A stretch of DNA of 64,000 nt from a virus (taxonomy: Duplodnaviria; Heunggongvirae; Uroviricota; Caudoviricetes). Shown here piece after piece: positions 58,114 through 64,000 of this stretch (position 1 is its first letter; each line of letters begins with the position of its first letter). The notes below the pieces were generated by a model. It searched no databases and was not told where the DNA came from. It saw nothing but the letters and a program-made list of their open reading frames with translations. Both the position numbers and the translations under genes were made by a program. Location: positions 1 to 64,000 of IMG/VR virus record IMGVR_UViG_3300033121_001335, one strand, 5' to 3'.

Positions 58114-59238
58114 ATGGGAGCAAAAGGAACATTAGTAAACAAGCCTATAGAAACACCTGATGTTGTTTATAGGAAATTAGAAGGATTAAATTATAGTGCT
58201 ATCAAAACCTTTGATAAATCGCCTGTACAATTTTTTAGCGAGTTTATAATGGGTAATCCAAAAGAGGAGGAGGACACCGTTAATACACTAATAGGAAACA
58301 TAGTGGATGATGCTATATTGACGTATTTGGGTGATTTTGAAGAATTTGAACAACATTTCGATGAAAGCTATGCTTTATTTCAGGGAGAGCCGGGGAGTGG
58401 GCAGGGGTTTTTATTAGCTGACGAATTGTTTAAAATAACAATGAGGAGTGTAGTGGATGGCCACATCACCCGTAGTTTTGAAGAAAGGTTCAGAGAAGCT
58501 TTTGAAATAGTGCAGGGGGAAGGAAAATATAAAGGAAAAACAGTGGAACAGGGATTAGAAGACTTTAAAAAGCCTAACAAAGCCGGAACCACCCCTGAGA
58601 GCTATTTTCAGGCGAAATTAGACAATATGGGGAAAAAGGTGGTGTCTGCCAGCATTAAAGCAAAAGGGCTTCAAATAGCCGCTAATGCGCTTATAGACCC
58701 ATTTACGAAAGACTACTTTGATTTTGAGGAGCACAAGGGTGTGGAAAGACTACCCAAATTCCCTATTACATTCATGTATAAAGGGGAAGAGGGGGAAATT
58801 GAAGGAAAGGTGGAAGTGGACGAAATAGAAATCAACCACAAAAATAAAACTATTCAACCTATAGACCTTAAAACCACTTATGATAACACCCAATTTACAT
58901 ATGGGTATTTAAAGAATGGATATTATATTCAGGCTGTATGGTATTCTATAGCCATAATTTGGTGGGCTAAAAACAATGGGTTGGAAGACTACACAGTGCT
59001 TCCCTATAAATTTATTGTTCTGGACACCAGTGTTAACAATAGAAGACCTATTATAAGAACGCTTTCTGAAAAACATATGAACGATGGATATGAAGGATTT
59101 TGGGCCAGAGGAAGGTGGTATAGAGGAGTGAAAGAGCTTGTAGAAGCTATTATATGGGGAAATAATACATGTATATGGAATGTTTCTAGAGAGGCATTTG
59201 AAAACAACGGAGAAATAAAAATGGAGGAACATTACTAA
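58114..59238 (+). CDS. PD-(D/E)XK nuclease (RecB/Cas4-like exonuclease)
   Basis: N-terminal LNYSAIKTF. Core motifs IDLKTT followed by QAVWY (D...ELK...Q..Y arrangement). Confidence 0.5.
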   Translation: MGAKGTLVNKPIETPDVVYRKLEGLNYSAIKTFDKSPVQFFSEFIMGNPKEEEDTVNTLIGNIVDDAILTYLGDFEEFEQHFDESYALFQGEPGSGQGFLLADELFKITMRSVVDGHITRSFEERFREAFEIVQGEGKYKGKTVEQGLEDFKKPNKAGTTPESYFQAKLDNMGKKVVSASIKAKGLQIAANALIDPFTKDYFDFEEHKGVERLPKFPITFMYKGEEGEIEGKVEVDEIEINHKNKTIQPIDLKTTYDNTQFTYGYLKNGYYIQAVWYSIAIIWWAKNNGLEDYTVLPYKFIVLDTSVNNRRPIIRTLSEKHMNDGYEGFWARGRWYRGVKELVEAIIWGNNTCIWNVSREAFENNGEIKMEEHY

Positions 59239-59822
59239 TGATAGGAGAGCTTTTTAAATACAACTGCTCAACATTATTTATATTAAAACCTGTTGTGGGA
59301 GTTAATTGGGGAATTCTTGGAGAAGAATTTGGCCTTATTAACTCCTATTTACGGGATAGGGCCAGAGAAGATTTGACGGGAGAATTGTTATTTGTCCTAT
59401 TTAAACCTATAGATTTTGATTATTTTGAGATGTTCTTAGAAGAACAAAGTGAAAGTGAGCATTTTTTAGAAGATTATGATTATGCTGGTGGATATGTAGT
59501 GATGGTGTATAAAATTCCAGAGTGGCTTAAGCCAGATTTTGAGCTGTTTAAACAGGGAAAATATTCTAAATTCTCTAATTTGTTAAAGAATTGTTATGAT
59601 AAGGAGGTGAAGGCGTTTCTTAAGCCTATTCCTACATTTCAGTGGGAAGTGTTTAATAAGTCAAAAAGCCTAAGAGAAGAATTAGAAGAATATATAGGAA
59701 GCGCCATTGATAAAAACAGCGAAATATGGGAACTTCCAGACCAAGAAAAGAAGGAAGTGCTTGATATTCAACAATTTATAAAACCAGAGTTAACACAAAT
59801 TTTAAAAACTGAGGAATTATGA
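59238..59822 (+). CDS. hypothetical protein
   Basis: 194-aa ORF. Confidence 0.35.
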   Translation: MIGELFKYNCSTLFILKPVVGVNWGILGEEFGLINSYLRDRAREDLTGELLFVLFKPIDFDYFEMFLEEQSESEHFLEDYDYAGGYVVMVYKIPEWLKPDFELFKQGKYSKFSNLLKNCYDKEVKAFLKPIPTFQWEVFNKSKSLREELEEYIGSAIDKNSEIWELPDQEKKEVLDIQQFIKPELTQILKTEEL

Positions 59823-60199
59823 TAGACATAAAAGAAATAAAGAAAAATCAGCCTAAAGCTTATGAACTTTTAAGGAAGTTTATAGAAAACGGGCTTAAAG
59901 AAATGCAAAATAGAATGACTCAGAATATTGGGTCTGTTAAAATAGAAGAAATCCCCCCTGTTGATGACAGAATAGTGGAGGGGGTGTTATATTGGAATAT
60001 TAGGAGTTTATACGATTTTCTAGACCAGAATAATCAAGAAATCGGTATTGGGTTTTCTACATTAGAGGGAGAAAAGAGATATGAATATTCTATAGGAGAT
60101 GATGGTGTGTCTATAGGAGAGTTTAAAACAAGACCAGAAGCCGAACAAGCTGCTTTTGAAGAGGCTTTTAAATTTTTAGAAAATAAATTAAATAAATAA
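59819..60199 (+). CDS. hypothetical protein
   Basis: 126-aa ORF. Confidence 0.35.
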   Translation: MIDIKEIKKNQPKAYELLRKFIENGLKEMQNRMTQNIGSVKIEEIPPVDDRIVEGVLYWNIRSLYDFLDQNNQEIGIGFSTLEGEKRYEYSIGDDGVSIGEFKTRPEAEQAAFEEAFKFLENKLNK

Positions 60200-60201
60200 C
60201 T

Positions 60202-60885
60202 ATGGCAACAGTAACAATGGATATAGCCGAATTAGATAAATTGCGGCAGGAGTTAAAAGAACAAAAAGAAAAACAAGAAGCTCTTTCAAAAGAAATGAAC
60301 GATGTAAAGAGTGATAAAAGGGTGATAGTAAAAACAAAACCAGCTACCAAAGCAGATTTTACTTATAGTTTTGACATGCAAAGATATACTAAGTATCATC
60401 AACAACTTACCTCTAGATTGGGTTATAGTAGTCATACGGTGTTTTCAGAAAATGATGCTATAAGAAAGTGTCTTACTATATATCCTCTTCATAATATAGA
60501 GGGGCAATTTAAAGAATTTATAAATTTTGAGGATGCTAAAGAGGAACTTAAAGCTAAGCTTGAGGAAAAATATAAAGATGAATTAGCTAATTTAAGAGCC
60601 TCTGAAAAATACTCTGATGATAGACTTAGAGATAAACAAAAAGAATTTGAGGAAGCTAAGAGAGTGTTAATACAGCAACATGAAGAAAGAGAGGCGCTTA
60701 AGCAAAAAGACATTGATGCTCTCCAAAAGAAATACGATGAGTTAGAATCTGGTAAGAGGGAACTTTCTAAAATACAAAAATTACAAGAAACTATACAAAA
60801 ATTACAAGAAACTATACAAAAACTGGAAAAAGAGCTAATTAAAGAAAAATCCAAGTCTTGGTGGCAAAAATTATTAGGAAAATGA
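60202..60885 (+). CDS. coiled-coil protein
   Basis: 227 aa, rich in Lys, Glu and Gln, with heptad repeats IQKLQET encoded by a DNA tandem repeat. Confidence 0.4.
   Translation: MATVTMDIAELDKLRQELKEQKEKQEALSKEMNDVKSDKRVIVKTKPATKADFTYSFDMQRYTKYHQQLTSRLGYSSHTVFSENDAIRKCLTIYPLHNIEGQFKEFINFEDAKEELKAKLEEKYKDELANLRASEKYSDDRLRDKQKEFEEAKRVLIQQHEEREALKQKDIDALQKKYDELESGKRELSKIQKLQETIQKLQETIQKLEKELIKEKSKSWWQKLLGK
60772..60824 (+). repeat. 21-bp tandem repeat (atacaaaaattacaagaaact), about 2.5 copies
   Basis: Seen directly in the sequence. It lies in-frame within the coiled-coil gene. Confidence 0.6.
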
Positions 60886-61367
60886 AAATATTGTATATAG
60901 ATATGGATGGGGTTGTAGCAGATTTTGATAAGTTTGTCCAGCCCCTAATACCAGATATAGAATTAGGTGATGGTGACCCATCTACATACGTAGAGAGAAG
61001 TAAAAGAGTGGATGAGTTAATGATAGCTAATCCTACAATGTTTGAAAAGCTACCACTTATACCGAGGGCTTCTTGGGCTATCTATAAGCTTAAAGATAGC
61101 GGATTATACGATATATATTTTCTTTCTACTCCTGTTTGTCATGTTCCAGAAAGCTATAGTGGAAAAAGAATATGGTTAAAAGAGAATTTTGGAGAATGGG
61201 TGGATAAAAGGCTTATCCTTACACATAGAAAAGATTTAGCTATAGGAGACTATTTAATAGATGATAGATTTAAAAATGGTGCTGCTGAATTTAAAGGAGA
61301 ACACATACATTTTAAAGGAGAAAAATTTCCTAATTGGGAATCAGTTATAAAATATTTATTACCATGA
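60858..61367 (+). CDS. 5'(3')-deoxyribonucleotidase (HAD superfamily, NT5C-like)
   Basis: N-terminal KILYIDMDGVVADFD matches the HAD motif I of the deoxyribonucleotidase family (DMDGVLADF). Confidence 0.55.
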   Translation: MVAKIIRKMKILYIDMDGVVADFDKFVQPLIPDIELGDGDPSTYVERSKRVDELMIANPTMFEKLPLIPRASWAIYKLKDSGLYDIYFLSTPVCHVPESYSGKRIWLKENFGEWVDKRLILTHRKDLAIGDYLIDDRFKNGAAEFKGEHIHFKGEKFPNWESVIKYLLP

Positions 61368-61687
61368 CACCAGAAAAACAATTAGAAATATACAAGGAAA
61401 TAGATGCTGAAATCTTAGAAATTACCAAATCTAAAAGACATGATTACGCTGATGCAGATGTATTAAGTAATTTTAAGAGTGTTAGTATGGCAGCTAAGAG
61501 TTTAGGAATAGATATAGGAAAATCAGAACAATATGCTATGTTTATGGTGTTGTTAAAAATTGCTAGACTAACAAATCTTTTGAATTCTGGTAAAACACCA
61601 TCAAACGAAGCTATAGGAGATAGTTTTAAAGATGCTATAAATTACATGAAATTATCTTATTGTTGTTACATTGATGAAACTATATAG
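61334..61687 (+). CDS. hypothetical protein
   Basis: 117-aa ORF. Confidence 0.3.
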   Translation: MGISYKIFITMTPEKQLEIYKEIDAEILEITKSKRHDYADADVLSNFKSVSMAAKSLGIDIGKSEQYAMFMVLLKIARLTNLLNSGKTPSNEAIGDSFKDAINYMKLSYCCYIDETI

Positions 61688-62165
61688 AGCTAAAGACAGG
61701 GCTGATTTATACCATAAAATATATGTATACAAACAAAGAAGAGACAAAATTAGAGAAACCTATGGATGGAAAAATGGGGTAAAGGCTGTGGACGAATACA
61801 AACACGCTGTGTTCAATATAAATGAAAAAATAAAACATTGGGAAAAAATGATAGATGTTATAGATAAGAATAATATAAAACTAATAGCTATTTCAAACGC
61901 AATAATATATTTTTTTGGTGTGGATATTAAAAAATCCATATTAAATATGTCTCCTAGATGGAAAGAAGCTAAAAATGTATTTTATAAATATTGCTTAGAA
62001 AATAACATATCTGCTACATTAGTGGCTGAATATGTTGGGGCTAGTAGGGGAGATGTGGTAGCAAGAGCTAGGCTTAAATTTACTAAAAGTTTTGAAAAAA
62101 TCCCCAAAAATAAAGAAATTTATATGAATTTTTGTTCATATATAAAAGAATTGTCAGGACAATAA
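61671..62165 (+). CDS. hypothetical protein
   Basis: 164-aa ORF followed by a strong terminator. Confidence 0.35.
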   Translation: MMKLYRAKDRADLYHKIYVYKQRRDKIRETYGWKNGVKAVDEYKHAVFNINEKIKHWEKMIDVIDKNNIKLIAISNAIIYFFGVDIKKSILNMSPRWKEAKNVFYKYCLENNISATLVAEYVGASRGDVVARARLKFTKSFEKIPKNKEIYMNFCSYIKELSGQ

Positions 62166-62238
62166 TTTATAATTTAAACAGGGGCTTTAAAGGAGCTCCT
62201 CTACGGGTTAAATAATTGAGTAACTATTCCTGATAATA

Positions 62239-62275
62239 GGCCGGATATTCTCTATATCTGGCCTTTATTTTTTTG
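62239..62275 (+). terminator. rho-independent terminator
   Basis: ggccggatat-tctct-atatctggcc followed by tttatttttttg. Confidence 0.65.
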
Positions 62276-62322
62276 TTTATTTAGAGAAATATGTGTATAT
62301 TTGTAAAAAATAATGACACATT

Positions 62323-63387
62323 ATGGCAAAAGCAAAAAAAGCAGAAAAAATATTAGAAAAGAAAAATGATGGATTTGCCTCTATGGAGGAAAAATTTGGA
62401 AAAGGGATAATGATAAAGGCCTCTACTAAGAAATTAGAAGAAGTGAAAGAGTGGGGGAGTACGGGCAGTTTAACTTTGGATAACGCTGTCGGGGGGCTAG
62501 GAATACCTAAAGGCTTATGCACCTGCATATTGGGGAAAGAAAGTAGCTCTAAAACCACTCTGGCTTTACATATTATCAAAGAAGACCAGAAAAAGGGTAA
62601 TGTATGCTGTTTTTTAGATGCTGAGGATAGTTTAGACCTAAAATATGCTGAAGCTATCGGAGTTGACTTAGATATGCTCCATATAGTGGATAGAGAAGGC
62701 TTATTAAAGAGTTTGGGAGTGAAAGATAGAGAAATACTATCAGGAGAGGAATGGCTGGAATTCGCTTGCAAGGTGCTTAAAAGCAATATATACGGCACTG
62801 TAGTGTTTGATAGTGTAGCTTGTTTAATTCCTATGGCTGAAATTATGCAGGGTATTCAAGGAGGAAGACTGGCTGGAGTGGCTTCTATGATGGCTAAAGC
62901 TTACAGAGCTGTAAATGCAGCTATGACTGTTAGTAAAAGTGCTTTTGTTTATTTAAATCAATATCGAATGAATCCGGGGGGATATGTACCCCTTGTTGAG
63001 CCGGGCGGCGAAGCTTGGAAATATCTACAAGCTCTGAAAATAGAGATTAGTAAAAGTGTTGATAAAGATGCCAATGGAGCTTACGGTATTATGGTAAAGG
63101 GCAAAATCACTAAATCCAAGGTGTGCATACCATATAAAACCTTTGAATACTATGTCGAATTTGGTAAGGGTATTGTACGGGAAAAAGAAGTGTTAGATTT
63201 AGCTCTTCAAATGGGTTATATAAAGAAAAGTGGTAGTTGGTATAGCGATGATAATGGAGAAAAATTAGGACAGGGTGAAGATTCTGTACTGAAATTGTTT
63301 AATGATAATCCTGAATATTATAAAGAATTGGAAGACAGGGTGTTATCAAATTTAGGAAATATAAAAATAACAGAAAATGGAGAATAA
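62323..63387 (+). CDS. RecA/UvsX-like recombinase
   Basis: WGSTGSLTLDNAVGGLGIPKGLCTCILGKESSSKTTLALHII matches the RecA N-terminal core and Walker A (GPESSGKTT). Confidence 0.7.
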   Translation: MAKAKKAEKILEKKNDGFASMEEKFGKGIMIKASTKKLEEVKEWGSTGSLTLDNAVGGLGIPKGLCTCILGKESSSKTTLALHIIKEDQKKGNVCCFLDAEDSLDLKYAEAIGVDLDMLHIVDREGLLKSLGVKDREILSGEEWLEFACKVLKSNIYGTVVFDSVACLIPMAEIMQGIQGGRLAGVASMMAKAYRAVNAAMTVSKSAFVYLNQYRMNPGGYVPLVEPGGEAWKYLQALKIEISKSVDKDANGAYGIMVKGKITKSKVCIPYKTFEYYVEFGKGIVREKEVLDLALQMGYIKKSGSWYSDDNGEKLGQGEDSVLKLFNDNPEYYKELEDRVLSNLGNIKITENGE

Positions 63388-63751
63388 TATAAAAGCTGAT
63401 GTAACACTAAAATCTCTAAAGACCAGACTAGAGAAAGAAAAAGCTGAGAGTAGTGCTATAACTAAGCAAATAAACCAATTAAAAGAGGACCAAAAAGTGC
63501 ATAATAGCAGGATTAGTTCTTTAATGTATCAGATAAAGGAATTGACAAAAGAAGATTTAATTGTTTCAGAACATGCTCTTTTGCAATTTTTAAGACGGGT
63601 GGAATTGGTAAATATAGAAGAAGCAGAAAAGAAAATACTAACACCGGAAGTGATAAGAATTTGGAAGGTGTTGGGAGATACATCTATACCAATAGGTATA
63701 GGGGAACATGTGGCTGTTATTAAGAATGGAGTTGTGACAACGATTATTTAA
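63377..63751 (+). CDS. hypothetical protein
   Basis: 124-aa ORF. Confidence 0.35.
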   Translation: MENNIKADVTLKSLKTRLEKEKAESSAITKQINQLKEDQKVHNSRISSLMYQIKELTKEDLIVSEHALLQFLRRVELVNIEEAEKKILTPEVIRIWKVLGDTSIPIGIGEHVAVIKNGVVTTII

Positions 63752-63764
63752 TTAAATATAAACT

Positions 63765-63962
63765 ATGAGTTTACAAGAAGATGTTTCGAGAGAATTGAAT
63801 GGAAATAGCATAGAGGATTTAGAAAATTTAGCAGAATGGTGGCTATCCCATGAATATAATCCTAATATGTGGGAGGATGTAGATACATACAATAAAAGAA
63901 AGGATATGGTGATACCGATGATAATGGAAGCTAAATTAAATAAATATGAAGAGGACTATTGA
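63765..63962 (+). CDS. hypothetical small protein
   Basis: 65-aa ORF. Confidence 0.3.
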   Translation: MSLQEDVSRELNGNSIEDLENLAEWWLSHEYNPNMWEDVDTYNKRKDMVIPMIMEAKLNKYEEDY

Positions 63963-64000
63963 ACAAAAACAAGCAACAACGGAGCTACACGAGTGGCTCC

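Noticed and set aside
1-64000. Genome-wide stop-codon reassignment (TGA or TAG as sense)
   Set aside because: Long motif-bearing genes (terL, int, PolA, UDG, RecA-like) read cleanly in the standard code. Only one in-frame TGA was noticed, at 28336.
1-64000. Assignment to a specific phage lineage (for example crAss-like)
   Set aside because: Gene order and AT-richness are suggestive of phages of Bacteroidota-like hosts, but no lineage-specific marker can be verified without searches. Left unassigned.
1-64000. CRISPR arrays, rRNA genes, IS elements or transposases
   Set aside because: No regularly spaced direct repeats, no rRNA-like segments and no DDE or transposase-like ORFs were seen. The only mobile-type gene is the tyrosine integrase.

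Overview
This AT-rich 64-kb window appears to be entirely bacteriophage DNA. Almost no gene has a Shine-Dalgarno sequence, which is consistent with, but does not prove, a Bacteroidota-type host. Gene layout: positions 1-18555 are a minus-strand block containing a morphogenesis module (large terminase, a putative portal, an acidic scaffold-like protein, a putative major capsid protein and further structural ORFs), then a holin-like gene and a MurNAc-L-Ala amidase endolysin. About 13 small genes lie upstream of that block. A divergent promoter region with GC-rich hairpins sits at about 18.6 kb. From 19.15 to 23.0 kb there is an ORF-poor regulatory and non-coding hub. It carries a repeated 15-bp perfect palindrome (TATTGATWATCAATA) and a roughly 1.1-kb stretch of balanced GC with no ORFs that may be a structured RNA. 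A tyrosine integrase (26216-27046) lies near a tRNA 3'-end fragment (about 27944-27970) that looks like an attP core. The rest is a plus-strand early/replication region. It encodes a family A DNA polymerase with 3'-5' exonuclease, a DnaB-like helicase, an SF2 helicase, an AAA+ ATPase, UDG, a PP-lambda-like phosphatase, a deoxyribonucleotidase, a PD-(D/E)XK nuclease, an HNH endonuclease and a RecA/UvsX-like recombinase. Two features stand out. First, a cluster of about 23 otherwise dissimilar small proteins (27.2-42.9 kb) that all end in the same C-terminal pentapeptide, x-P-[L/Q]-[I/L]-F-N-COOH. Second, a phage-borne ubiquitin-like conjugation module: a ThiF/MoeB-type E1-like enzyme next to a JAB/MPN(JAMM) peptidase, flanked by candidate partner genes. 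Strong rho-independent terminators punctuate the plus-strand region. No CRISPR arrays, rRNA genes or complete tRNA genes were found.
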